Below, piece by piece: positions 49,477 through 58,898 of a DNA stretch of 64,000 nucleotides. Every line of letters begins with the position of its first letter. The stretch's first letter is position 1. The stretch is from Lysobacterales bacterium (GTDB lineage: Bacteria > Pseudomonadota > Gammaproteobacteria > Xanthomonadales > SZUA-5), in NCBI GenBank assembly GCA_022844165.1, contig JALHMH010000016.1:37672-101671 (forward strand), written 5' to 3'. The position numbers and the translations under genes were made by a program. The notes under the pieces were generated by a model. The model was not told where the DNA came from, searched no databases, and saw only the letters and a list, made by a program, of their open reading frames with translations.

Positions 49477-51630
49477 GTGGCCATCGCCGATCACTTTCCG
49501 CGGAGTCTGCGTACTTTTACGCCAGACGAGCCGCTACAGCTGGACAGTGGGCAGCAGCTCAGCGGCGCCACCATCGCCTACCAAACCTGGGGAACACTCA
49601 ACGCCGCGCGCGACAACGTAATCTGGGTCTGCCACGCACTAACGGCATCGAGCGATGTCGAACAGTGGTGGCACGGTCTGTTCGGGCGGGGACGCACACT
49701 GGACCCCGCTCGCCACTTCATCGTCTGTGCCAACGTGTTAGGCAGCTGTTACGGCACGCTCGGTCCGGCAACTGTGTGCGACGGAGAGCGACTTGGCAGT
49801 AAGTTTCCGACGATCACCATTGCCGACATCGTGCGCCAGCAGCGTAGGCTGGCAGACCACCTGGGACTGGAGCGGTTGGCGCTGGTGATCGGCGCGTCGA
49901 TGGGCGGTTTCCAGGTGCTCGAATGGGCACGCCAGGATCCGCTTGCCGTGCAACGCATCGCGCTGATCGCAACGAGTTGGCGGCAACCGCCGCAGGCACT
50001 CGCGCAGGGACGGTTGCAATTGGAGTTCATTCGCCGCGATCCGAGCTGGCAGGGCGGCGATTTTCAGGCAAACAACGCACCCACAGCAGGCCTGGCGCTG
50101 GCGCGGCAGCTCGGTCATCTGACGTACCGCTCAGCGCAGGAACTCGACGAACGTTTTGCGCGCACCCAGCGCGACGATGGCCACTGGCAGGTGCTCTCGT
50201 ACCTTGACCACCAAGGCGAGAAGCTGGTGCAGCGCTTCGATGCCGGCTCTTATGTGCGGTTGACGGAGGCCATGAACGACTTCGACTTCGCTGCGGGCGA
50301 GAGCATCGAAACGGCCCTCGCGCGCCTGCCGCAACCAGCGCTGGTGGTGGCTTTGAACAGCGATCAGCTCTACTACCCGAGCGAACAGGCGCGGCTGGCG
50401 CGCGCTCTGCCGGCTGGTCGGTTGGCGACTCTCGATACGCTTTATGGGCACGATGGATTTCTCGTCGATGCGGCCAAACTGGATCCGATCGTCCAGGTGT
50501 TCCTGGCCAACCCGGTCGCAGCCGCAGATTCTCTGCGGGCGCGCACCGCGCGACGCCACAGCAGCAACGCGTCCCGTGTGCCGCTGGTGCTGATCGGTGC
50601 CACCGGTCGTGTGGGCCGGGAACTGCTGGCGCTGCTTGCACAGCCTGACGTGCAGTTGCCGATCCAACTGGTTGGTGTTGCCAGTTCGCGCGCTGCGCTG
50701 CTTGCCCCGGACGGACTGCCGTTCGGTCTCGCCGCAGAGCGGCTGGCGGCGCATACCGGCGGTCACGCACAAGCACTGATCGAAACGCTGATCCAAGGCG
50801 GACGTCCGGCCATCCTGGTCGACTGCACCGCGAACGAGACCGTTGCTGCGAACACCGCGCGTTTGCTGCACGCCGGCATTGCCGTTGTAACGCCCAACAA
50901 GATCGCTTTTGCCAACGACGATCCGCGTCTGCGCGAGGCGATCGAAAGCGGTGCGCCTCTCGCCTACTCGGCTACTGTCGGCGCCGGATTGCCGGCCATC
51001 GCGACCATCAAGCGACTGCGTGCCGCGGGCGACCGCGTTCTGGCCATCGAAGCCGGTTTGTCCGGCACCTTGGGCTATGTATTGACGCGCACACAGAACG
51101 GCGTCGGTTTGTGCGATGCACTGACAGAAGCTGTGCAACAAGGACTGGCGGAACCCGATCCACGCAACGACTTGAGCGGCGAAGATGTGCGTCGCAAACT
51201 GGCGATACTGCTGCGCGCAGCGGGGCTCGACGCGCAGGCGCAGCGCATCGCGCTCACGCCGTTGTTGCCGCTGGTTGGCAACGGCACCTGGCAAGTGGCG
51301 GTCGCCTCTCGCGAGGCAGCCTGGCGCACGCGGGTCGATGCGGCGGCAGCGGACGGTCGACGGCTGGTTTATCGTGCCCGTTACAGCATCGAAGACGGCG
51401 CCAGCGTCGCGTTGGCCGCTGTGGATCGCAGCGATCCGCTGGCCGGCGCTCGCGGCACGCAGAACTGTATCGTGCTGCGCACGCAAATCCATCGCGATCC
51501 CCCAATCGTCATCACCGGCGCTGGCGCAGGCGTGCGCATCACGGCAGCGGCGGTCCTGGCCGATATTGAGCAGGTACTGCGGCAGTTGGTTCCGGCGCCC
51601 TACACGGAAGTATTGCGCCTGACGGCGTAG
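49477..51630 (+). CDS. Fusion: homoserine O-acyltransferase (MetX) + homoserine dehydrogenase
   Basis: N-terminal CHALT, GASMGG, SDQLY, YGHDGFL; C-terminal GATGRVG, VDCT, VTPNK, TVGAGLP, EPDPRNDLSGEDVRRK, GAGAG. Confidence 0.88.
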   Translation: MAIADHFPRSLRTFTPDEPLQLDSGQQLSGATIAYQTWGTLNAARDNVIWVCHALTASSDVEQWWHGLFGRGRTLDPARHFIVCANVLGSCYGTLGPATVCDGERLGSKFPTITIADIVRQQRRLADHLGLERLALVIGASMGGFQVLEWARQDPLAVQRIALIATSWRQPPQALAQGRLQLEFIRRDPSWQGGDFQANNAPTAGLALARQLGHLTYRSAQELDERFARTQRDDGHWQVLSYLDHQGEKLVQRFDAGSYVRLTEAMNDFDFAAGESIETALARLPQPALVVALNSDQLYYPSEQARLARALPAGRLATLDTLYGHDGFLVDAAKLDPIVQVFLANPVAAADSLRARTARRHSSNASRVPLVLIGATGRVGRELLALLAQPDVQLPIQLVGVASSRAALLAPDGLPFGLAAERLAAHTGGHAQALIETLIQGGRPAILVDCTANETVAANTARLLHAGIAVVTPNKIAFANDDPRLREAIESGAPLAYSATVGAGLPAIATIKRLRAAGDRVLAIEAGLSGTLGYVLTRTQNGVGLCDALTEAVQQGLAEPDPRNDLSGEDVRRKLAILLRAAGLDAQAQRIALTPLLPLVGNGTWQVAVASREAAWRTRVDAAAADGRRLVYRARYSIEDGASVALAAVDRSDPLAGARGTQNCIVLRTQIHRDPPIVITGAGAGVRITAAAVLADIEQVLRQLVPAPYTEVLRLTA

Positions 51631-51693
51631 CGGCATTGGCGCAGAACGGCGCCGCGCGGCATGATCGCTGCCGACGTCGATCGGAGCACCGCC

Positions 51694-53583
51694 ATGTCGA
51701 GTTTCGGAGTCTTTGGAGCGCTGCAGCTGCCTCTGGCTTTTGGTTTATTGCGGTTGTCGACCGAAGGCCGTCCTGCCTTCGATCACGCCATCGCGACGAT
51801 CCACCGCGCCCTCGATGGCGGCGTGCGCATCCTCGATACCGCCGATTCTTACGCGCTCTCCGACAGCGATTTGCACTACGGCGAAACCTTGGCGCGGACG
51901 GCCGTCGAAACGTGGCATGGCCCGCAAGAGACGGTGCGAATCGTGACCAAAATGGGCATGGCGCGACCCAAAGGTCGTTGGATGCCCAACGCTCGCCCGA
52001 CGCATCTGAAGAAGATGCTCGATGGCAGCCTGACGGCGCTGAAGACCGATGCGCTGTTCATGCTGCTGTTGCACGGCAACGATCCGGGCACGCCGTTCGA
52101 AGATTCGCTCGCCACGTTGGCGGAGATGCAACGCGCCGGCAAGGTCGTGCACCTGGGTCTGTGTAATGTGGACGTTGCAGAAATCCGCCAGGCACAGCGG
52201 CACTTTCGGGTCGCCGCGATCCAGAACGAGTTAAGCGTCATCAACCGCAAGAGCGCCGCCACCGGCACATTGGAGTTGGCGCGCCGCGAAGGCATCGCGT
52301 TCATGGCGCATCGACCGCTCGGCGGCCACGCCAAAACCGACACGCTCGAGAAAAATCGTGCGATGAAGCCGATCGCGACTAAATACTCGGTGTCTCCGCA
52401 TCAAGCCGCACTCGCCAGTCTGCTCGACGTCGGCGCGCCGCTGTTGCCGGTGTTCGGCGCCACCTCAGCGGCGCATGTCGATGCCTCGCTGGCCGCAAAC
52501 GCGCTGCGCTTGAACGACGCCGATCGAACAGCGCTGGCGGAAAAAATCAGCTTTGGTGCGACGGCGGAGGGACTCGAAACGCTTGAACCTGTGACGCCTC
52601 CCGATGCCGCGTTGGGTCAATCGCCCGGCACTTCGCCGGAAGTCGTCATCGTCATGGGCATTCAAGGCGCCGGCAAGTCGACGCTCGTGCAGCGCTATGT
52701 CGACGCCGGCTACGAGCGCCTGAATCGCGATTTGATGGGCGGCTCGCTCGACGATCTCTTGCCCATCCTGGACACACATTTGCGCGAGGGCCGCACGCGC
52801 GTTGTGCTCGATAACACGTATCCGACACGCGCCTCACGCTGGTGGCTGACGCGGATCGCGCACCGGCGCGGCGTACCGGTGCGCTGCCACTATCTGGCGA
52901 CCCCGCTCAAAGAAGCGCTGATCAATGTGGTGCTGCGTGTGCTGGATCGCTACGGCACTCTGCCCGGCCCGGACGAGCTCAAGGAACTGGCCAAAAGCGA
53001 TCCGAACCTGCCGCCACCCGGCGCCTTGGCCCGTTTCGCCGCGTGCTTTGAGCCACCCATGGCCGACGAGGGATTTGCAGCGATCGAGGAAACGCCTTTT
53101 GTACGAGTACCGGGGCCGAGCCTTGGCGGGTCGCAAAGGGCGCTGTTGTTAGACGTCGACGGTACCTTGCGCAAAACGCGGAGCGGCGAAATTTATCCAC
53201 GCGATCCGGACGATATCGAAGTGCTTCCGGGCCGAACGCAGGTCCTGCAGCGTTACGTCGACACTGTCTGGAAACTGTTTTTTGTCTCCAACCAAAGCGG
53301 CATCGCCAGCGGTCATGTCAGCATCGAAGCCGTACGTGCCGGATTTGCGCGCACCGCTGAGCTGCTCGGCGTGCCGATCGATGAGTTTGCCTTCTGCCCG
53401 CACACGGCATTTCCCGCCGGTTGTTTTTGTCGCAAGCCAATGCCCGGTTTGGGCGTGTGGCTCGCGCGGCAGCATGGACTGTCACTCAAAGATTCGATCA
53501 TGGTCGGCGATATGGACAGCGATCGGCAGTTTGCCGAAGCCATCGGCGCGCAATATCAGTCGGCCGATGCCTTCTTTGCCTGA
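51694..53583 (+). CDS. Fusion: aldo-keto reductase + polynucleotide-kinase-like P-loop + HAD-IIIA phosphatase
   Basis: AKR tetrad LDTADSY/VTK/LLH; GIQGAGKST, LNRD, LDNTY; DVDGT, SNQ, RKP, MVGD; GGAG RBS before 51694 (alternative start 51661). Confidence 0.88.
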   Translation: MSSFGVFGALQLPLAFGLLRLSTEGRPAFDHAIATIHRALDGGVRILDTADSYALSDSDLHYGETLARTAVETWHGPQETVRIVTKMGMARPKGRWMPNARPTHLKKMLDGSLTALKTDALFMLLLHGNDPGTPFEDSLATLAEMQRAGKVVHLGLCNVDVAEIRQAQRHFRVAAIQNELSVINRKSAATGTLELARREGIAFMAHRPLGGHAKTDTLEKNRAMKPIATKYSVSPHQAALASLLDVGAPLLPVFGATSAAHVDASLAANALRLNDADRTALAEKISFGATAEGLETLEPVTPPDAALGQSPGTSPEVVIVMGIQGAGKSTLVQRYVDAGYERLNRDLMGGSLDDLLPILDTHLREGRTRVVLDNTYPTRASRWWLTRIAHRRGVPVRCHYLATPLKEALINVVLRVLDRYGTLPGPDELKELAKSDPNLPPPGALARFAACFEPPMADEGFAAIEETPFVRVPGPSLGGSQRALLLDVDGTLRKTRSGEIYPRDPDDIEVLPGRTQVLQRYVDTVWKLFFVSNQSGIASGHVSIEAVRAGFARTAELLGVPIDEFAFCPHTAFPAGCFCRKPMPGLGVWLARQHGLSLKDSIMVGDMDSDRQFAEAIGAQYQSADAFFA

Positions 53584-53610
53584 TGTCACCATGAATGAGA
53601 CTTCCGCGCC

Positions 53611-55005
53611 ATGCATTTGAAATCGGACCACCGTATCGCGCCCTCGAAAAATGCCTGGGCCACGCCAGGCTTGCTGGTTGCCGCAGCGCTTTTTGCCGGC
53701 CATGTGCACGCGACCAAACTGGACTACACCGCAAACCTTGATGCCGATGCCGAAACCCTGGCATTGCGTATTTGCGGCGATGCCGGTGCGCGATTGGATT
53801 TGCGCTCAGCGTCGCGCTTTGTGGTCAGCGTCGAACCGGCGGCCGATGCGCAAGGCGCGGGGCGCATTCGCCTGACATTGCCTGCCAACCGTTGCGCCAT
53901 CATCACCACCGATTTGCGCGCTGCCGGTAACGCGGACCGCTTTCGGCTGGGCCGCGAACGCGGCGTCTACTATCGACTCGCGGCCGATCAGTGGTTGTGG
54001 CGTCCGCGGCAATTGGACCCGATGAGTTCCCTGCGATTTGCGCTGCCCGCCGGGTGGTCCGCATCCGTGCCTTGGCGCGCCGATGCCGGCGGCACGCACC
54101 GCCTCGGCAATTCCCCCGGCTCCTGGCCGGCATTGACGGTCTTCGGACGCTTTGCGGTGGAACGGGTTGTTGTGCCGGGCGGCGAGTTGCGCCTGGCGAT
54201 GTTGCCGCTGGGTGACGCCGATGCGCGCGCAGCCATGCGCGATTGGCTCATCGAAAGTTCTCGACGTTACTTTGCCGCTGCCGGCGGCCTGCCGGTGGCG
54301 AGCCCCCAGATTTTTGTGGCGCCGTTGCCCGGAGTTCGCAGTGCGGTACCGTGGGGAGAAGTTCAGCGCGGTGGCGCACCGGGCGTTCTCTTGTACGTTG
54401 GGGCGGAGGCGGGCGCCGACGCTTGGCGCGGCGATTGGACATTGGCCCATGAGTTGGCGCACCTGCAACATCCGTATCTGGGCGAGCACGGTCGCTGGCT
54501 TGCCGAAGGTTTGGGCAGTTACCATCAGAATGTGTGGCGCGCTCGCGCCGGCCACATGACGCGCGACGAAGCCTGGCAAAAGCTGCTCTCCGGATTCGCG
54601 CGCGGCCGTGCCGTGGGACCCGGCGAAGCGCTCGCCAGTATCGGGCGCGGATGGGGTACAACGATGCGCGTTTACTGGAGTGGCGCCGCGTTTTGGTTCG
54701 AGAGCGATCTGGCGCTACGCGCCGCCGGATCAAGTCTGGATCAAGTGCTGCAACGCTATCGAGGTGCTGGCATGCGCTTCGATCGGCGCGTCGAACCTGG
54801 CGACTTCATCGCCGCACTCGACAGTTTGGAACCTCGCGGCGGCCTGCAGCGGCGCTACGACGAGTACTTGATGCTGGCGAGCTTTCCCACCCTGCGCGAA
54901 GCGCGCACGTTGCTAAAACTGGCCGCGCCCGACCGTTGGCCGGACACCCTGCCAGACCACCCGATCCTGCACGCGATCTTCCAATCGAACGAAGCGAAAC
55001 CATGA
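53611..55005 (+). CDS. Exported gluzincin metallopeptidase (M61/M1-like)
   Basis: Signal-like N-terminus, HELAH followed by WLAEGLGSY, VYWSGA. Confidence 0.75.
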   Translation: MHLKSDHRIAPSKNAWATPGLLVAAALFAGHVHATKLDYTANLDADAETLALRICGDAGARLDLRSASRFVVSVEPAADAQGAGRIRLTLPANRCAIITTDLRAAGNADRFRLGRERGVYYRLAADQWLWRPRQLDPMSSLRFALPAGWSASVPWRADAGGTHRLGNSPGSWPALTVFGRFAVERVVVPGGELRLAMLPLGDADARAAMRDWLIESSRRYFAAAGGLPVASPQIFVAPLPGVRSAVPWGEVQRGGAPGVLLYVGAEAGADAWRGDWTLAHELAHLQHPYLGEHGRWLAEGLGSYHQNVWRARAGHMTRDEAWQKLLSGFARGRAVGPGEALASIGRGWGTTMRVYWSGAAFWFESDLALRAAGSSLDQVLQRYRGAGMRFDRRVEPGDFIAALDSLEPRGGLQRRYDEYLMLASFPTLREARTLLKLAAPDRWPDTLPDHPILHAIFQSNEAKP

Positions 55006-55166
55006 GCGACCCCAACGATTCACGGAACACCGACCGGCGCGACCCAAAACGCTATCGCACCAGCTACATCCCCGATCACGCCGCCAAAGAGCGCTGGAGC
55101 CTGCTATGGCCCGCACTCGCCGTACTGGCGATGTTGATCGGCGTCGTGTTGTTCGTGTTCCGCTGA
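55002..55166 (+). CDS. Small single-TM protein
   Basis: ATGA overlap with the peptidase; C-terminal hydrophobic helix. Confidence 0.55.
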   Translation: MSDPNDSRNTDRRDPKRYRTSYIPDHAAKERWSLLWPALAVLAMLIGVVLFVFR

Positions 55167-55414
55167 GCGAGATTGAATCTGCCAACTGCCATCAGTCGCC
55201 GAGAAACCAGTGCGTGGCTGGCCGCTTCTTACGCTCTATCAACACACGCTGTCCCCGCGTTGGTCATGTTGGCTTGTTCGAGCAGAGCTCGCGGCTTGGA
55301 ATGGCGAATGAAGCTGTGACTCGATACGCGTGCATTGCCCATTGAATTTCGCCAGGCATTGCGGCGTGGCGAAGGCATGAGGTGGACTTCCGCCCAGGCC
55401 CTTTGCCGCACCGC

Positions 55415-56632
55415 TTACACGACGCCATCGGCGCGCAATCGCGCGATTGCGTGCTCATCGAGCCCCAGGCGCTCACAAAGCACTTCGTCGGTGTGTTGCC
55501 CAAGCAGCGGAGGCGCGTGTCGGTATTCGATCGGGCTGGCCGAGAACCGCACCGGGTTGGCCAGGAGCGGAACGTCGCCGAGCGGGTGCGGCATCGTCAT
55601 ACGCATCCCGCGCGCCATCACCTGGGGATCCTCAAATACTTTATCGATGGTGTTGATTGGGCCGGCCGGAACGTCGAATTCGCGCAACGCCGTCAGCCAT
55701 TCCGCCGTACCGCGTGTCAGCAGGATCTTCTGCACCGCGTCGATGCACTGGTCGCGATTCCGCACACGATCTGCGTTGCGCTGAAAACGCGGATCCAGGG
55801 CCAGCTCAGGCGCCGAGGCGCAGGCACAAAAACGCTGGAACTGGCCATCGTTGCCTACGGTGAGCATCAGGTGCCCATCGGTGGTTCGAAAGGCCTGGTA
55901 AGGCACAATGCTCGGGTGCGCGGTGCCGAAACGTGGCGGTACCAAACCCGTGGTCAGATGGTTCATGTTGAGGTATGACAGCCAGGCGACCTGCGTATCG
56001 AGCAGCGCGACATCAATGTGCTGCCCGATGCCAGTGCGTTCTCGATGTTGCAGGGCGGCCAGAATGGCGGTGACGGCATACATGCCGCACATCAAATCGA
56101 CCACCGCGATGCCGACTTTCATCGGACCACCGCCGGGCTCGCCATCTGGATGCCCGGTGATGCTCATCAGTCCGCCTTGGGCCTGGATCATTGCGTCGTA
56201 ACCCGGTTCGCTCGCCAGTGGGCCCGTTTGCCCGAAGCCGGTGATCGAGCAATAAATCAACCTCGGATTGAGTGCCAATAGCGAGGACGCATCGAGACCA
56301 TATTTTTTCAGACCACCGACCTTGAAGTTCTCAATGACAATGTCTGACTGCAGCGCGAGTTCGCGAACCAGCCGTTGGCCCTCGACATGCGCCAAATTGA
56401 TGGTGACGGAGCGCTTGTTGCGGTTGGCGGACAAATAGTAGGCAGCCTCGCCGGTGTCCTTGCCCTGCGAATCGCGCAGATACGGCGGGCCCCACGCGCG
56501 CGTGTCGTCGCCCTTGCCTGGCTGTTCAACCTTGATCGCATCGGCGCCATAGTCGGCCAACAGCTGCCCGGCCCAGGGCCCTGCCAACACGCGCGACAAA
56601 TCGAGAACCTTGATACCTTTCAATGCACTCAC
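55415..56632 (-). CDS. CaiB/BaiF family III CoA-transferase
   Basis: LKGIKVLDLSRVLAGP, NRNKRS, ENFK, SITGFG, GYD, APPLLGQHT. Confidence 0.94.
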   Translation of the reverse strand: MSALKGIKVLDLSRVLAGPWAGQLLADYGADAIKVEQPGKGDDTRAWGPPYLRDSQGKDTGEAAYYLSANRNKRSVTINLAHVEGQRLVRELALQSDIVIENFKVGGLKKYGLDASSLLALNPRLIYCSITGFGQTGPLASEPGYDAMIQAQGGLMSITGHPDGEPGGGPMKVGIAVVDLMCGMYAVTAILAALQHRERTGIGQHIDVALLDTQVAWLSYLNMNHLTTGLVPPRFGTAHPSIVPYQAFRTTDGHLMLTVGNDGQFQRFCACASAPELALDPRFQRNADRVRNRDQCIDAVQKILLTRGTAEWLTALREFDVPAGPINTIDKVFEDPQVMARGMRMTMPHPLGDVPLLANPVRFSASPIEYRHAPPLLGQHTDEVLCERLGLDEHAIARLRADGVV

Positions 56633-57693
56633 GCATGCCTCGCCTTGAATTCGCGCACGCGCGGGTCGATCAGCGCAAACCACAGCGGCGGCAACAGCGC
56701 CAGCAGGAACATCGATGCATAACCGCCCGGCAATTGTGGGCTCTCGTCGTAATGCATCAACGCCTGATAGCGCCGCCTTGCATTCTCGTGGTGATCGGAG
56801 TGGCGCTGCAGCTGGAATAACATCCAGTTGGTCAGTCGGTAGTTGCTGTTCCAGGAGTGCAGATGCGTGGTGCGTTCATAACGGCCCGGTGCGATCTCGC
56901 GCCGCTCCAAGCCATAGTGTTCGATGTAATTGATGATCTCCAGACTGACAATGGCGCCGAGGCACTGGCTGACGAAAAACAGACCCCCAAGTGCGCCGAA
57001 GGCCATCGAAAATGCGCAGAGCAGCATCAGCGTCAATGCGCTCCAGACCAACAATTCGTTGCGCCACCAAGGCAGGTCGCCGCGCTGCAAGCGCTCGGCT
57101 TCCAGTCGCCATGCGTTGCGCACGTTGCGCGGAATCGACTGCGCAACGAAGGCATAAACATTTTGTCCGAAGCGCGCGCTCGATGCGTCTCTGGGCGTCG
57201 ACACATGCACGTGATGGCCGCGCAGATGCTCGACCTTGAACGTGCCGTAGCCCACGCTTGCGAGCAACAAGCCGCCAGCGGTGGCTTCCAATCGACCCGA
57301 TTTGTGGATCAGCTCGTGCGCCACGTTAATGGCGAGAATGCCGCCGACGACACCCTGCGACAGCAACCAGCCGAGGGTCCCGCCGAGCTCGAAACCGGCG
57401 CTCGCGAAGTGCGCACAGGACCACACCAGCAGCGCCAGATACACAGGCAAACAGGCCAGCGTCAGCATCCGATACCACGGATCGCGCTCCAGGCGCTCGG
57501 CTTCTTCCGTATCCGGATTCTCCGGATCGCGTCCGATCGCATAGTCGGCCAACGGCAATAGCACGAATAAAAACAGCAGCGGGAACCAGGCCGCCAGATC
57601 GGGCGCCGCGTAACGCTCGCCCAGCCATGCTGCAATCGGCAGCAAGGCGGGAACAATCAGTACCGTCAAATACCCGTAGCGCTTGATGTTCAT
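56629..57693 (-). CDS. alkB: Membrane di-iron alkane 1-monooxygenase (AlkB type)
   Basis: His boxes HELIHK, EHLRGHH, NYIEHYG, LQRHSDHH; CAGGAG RBS. Confidence 0.93.
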   Translation of the reverse strand: MNIKRYGYLTVLIVPALLPIAAWLGERYAAPDLAAWFPLLFLFVLLPLADYAIGRDPENPDTEEAERLERDPWYRMLTLACLPVYLALLVWSCAHFASAGFELGGTLGWLLSQGVVGGILAINVAHELIHKSGRLEATAGGLLLASVGYGTFKVEHLRGHHVHVSTPRDASSARFGQNVYAFVAQSIPRNVRNAWRLEAERLQRGDLPWWRNELLVWSALTLMLLCAFSMAFGALGGLFFVSQCLGAIVSLEIINYIEHYGLERREIAPGRYERTTHLHSWNSNYRLTNWMLFQLQRHSDHHENARRRYQALMHYDESPQLPGGYASMFLLALLPPLWFALIDPRVREFKARHA

Positions 57694-57816
57694 CTCCTGG
57701 ATTCTCCGATGGCAACGCTGCGGCCGAAAGGCGACGATTGCCTCGTCTGGGCAATCCGTGGCGCGAACCAACTCGCGCACCGATATGCTACGCGCAGACA
57801 ATGCACAACGACGACC

Positions 57817-58860
57817 ATGACTGCCTGGCAACAAACCCAAAACTTGGAGACGGCGCACGGATTACCGGCGCTGGTGTACACCCATCAGGACATCGCGAAT
57901 CAAGAGATCGATGTGTTTCGTCGCTCCTGGCAGCTGCTGGCGCACGCGGCGCAGCTCGCCGCACCCGGCGATCATATCGTCGACGAGATCGCCGGTTTGC
58001 CGGTCCTGATCGTACGCTCGCCGGACGGTGCGCTTCTGGGTTTTCATAACGTATGTCGTCACCGCGGCGGACCGCTCGCTATCGCATGCGGTGGCGGAAT
58101 GAAACAGTTGCGCTGCCACTACCACGGCTGGAGCTACGATTGGAACGGCGCCTTGCGCAGCGGCCCGGAGCTGGATGCGATGGTCGATTTCGACCGAGCC
58201 GCGGTGCGTTTGCCGGCCATTGAAGTTGCGCAATGGCAGGGGCTGGTCTTTGCGTCGGTGGCGCCCGAGGTGCCGTTCGCTGCGCTGACGGCGGGCATCG
58301 ACGCGCGCATCGGCGCGGCGCTGAGCGGCGTCGAGTTCCAGAAGCGCATCAGTTACACCGCGCAGTGCAACTGGAAGGCTTACGTCGACAACTATCTTGA
58401 GGGTTACCACGTCCCACACATCCATCCGGCGCTCAATCGCCTGCTCGACTATCGCGAGTATCGTACCGACTGTTTCGAACACTATGCGCTGCAATCAAGC
58501 CCGCTCGATGCTGCGGAGAGTTTCTACGGCCTGGGCGAGGCCTTGTACTACCAGTTGTGGCCGAACACAATGCTCAACATTCTGCCAGGGCGGCTACAGA
58601 CCAATCGCATCGTGCCGCTGGCGGTGAATGCCTGTCGCATCGATTTTGATTATTACTACACGCCAGAGTTGGCGCGAGATGCTGCCAAAATTGCGGCGGA
58701 TCAGGCGCTTGCGGACGACACGCAGCGCGAGGACATCGATATCTGCGAACGAGTCCAGCGCGCCTTCGCCAGCGGCTCCTACGATACTGGGCGAGTGCAC
58801 CCGACGCGCGAACAAGGCGTGCACTGGTTTCAGGAGCGCTATCGGCGCGCGTTCGCTTGA
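57817..58860 (+). CDS. Rieske non-heme iron oxygenase alpha subunit (choline monooxygenase-like)
   Basis: CRHRGG...CHYHGW, NWK...EGYHVPHIH, ED. Confidence 0.9.
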   Translation: MTAWQQTQNLETAHGLPALVYTHQDIANQEIDVFRRSWQLLAHAAQLAAPGDHIVDEIAGLPVLIVRSPDGALLGFHNVCRHRGGPLAIACGGGMKQLRCHYHGWSYDWNGALRSGPELDAMVDFDRAAVRLPAIEVAQWQGLVFASVAPEVPFAALTAGIDARIGAALSGVEFQKRISYTAQCNWKAYVDNYLEGYHVPHIHPALNRLLDYREYRTDCFEHYALQSSPLDAAESFYGLGEALYYQLWPNTMLNILPGRLQTNRIVPLAVNACRIDFDYYYTPELARDAAKIAADQALADDTQREDIDICERVQRAFASGSYDTGRVHPTREQGVHWFQERYRRAFA

Positions 58861-58898
58861 GTGCCGAGGGAACGTTGCCCTGCCTCAGTTTGCGAGGA

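Noticed and set aside
55167-55414. ~250-bp spacer between convergent genes
   Set aside because: No repeat, strong hairpin or credible ORF seen.
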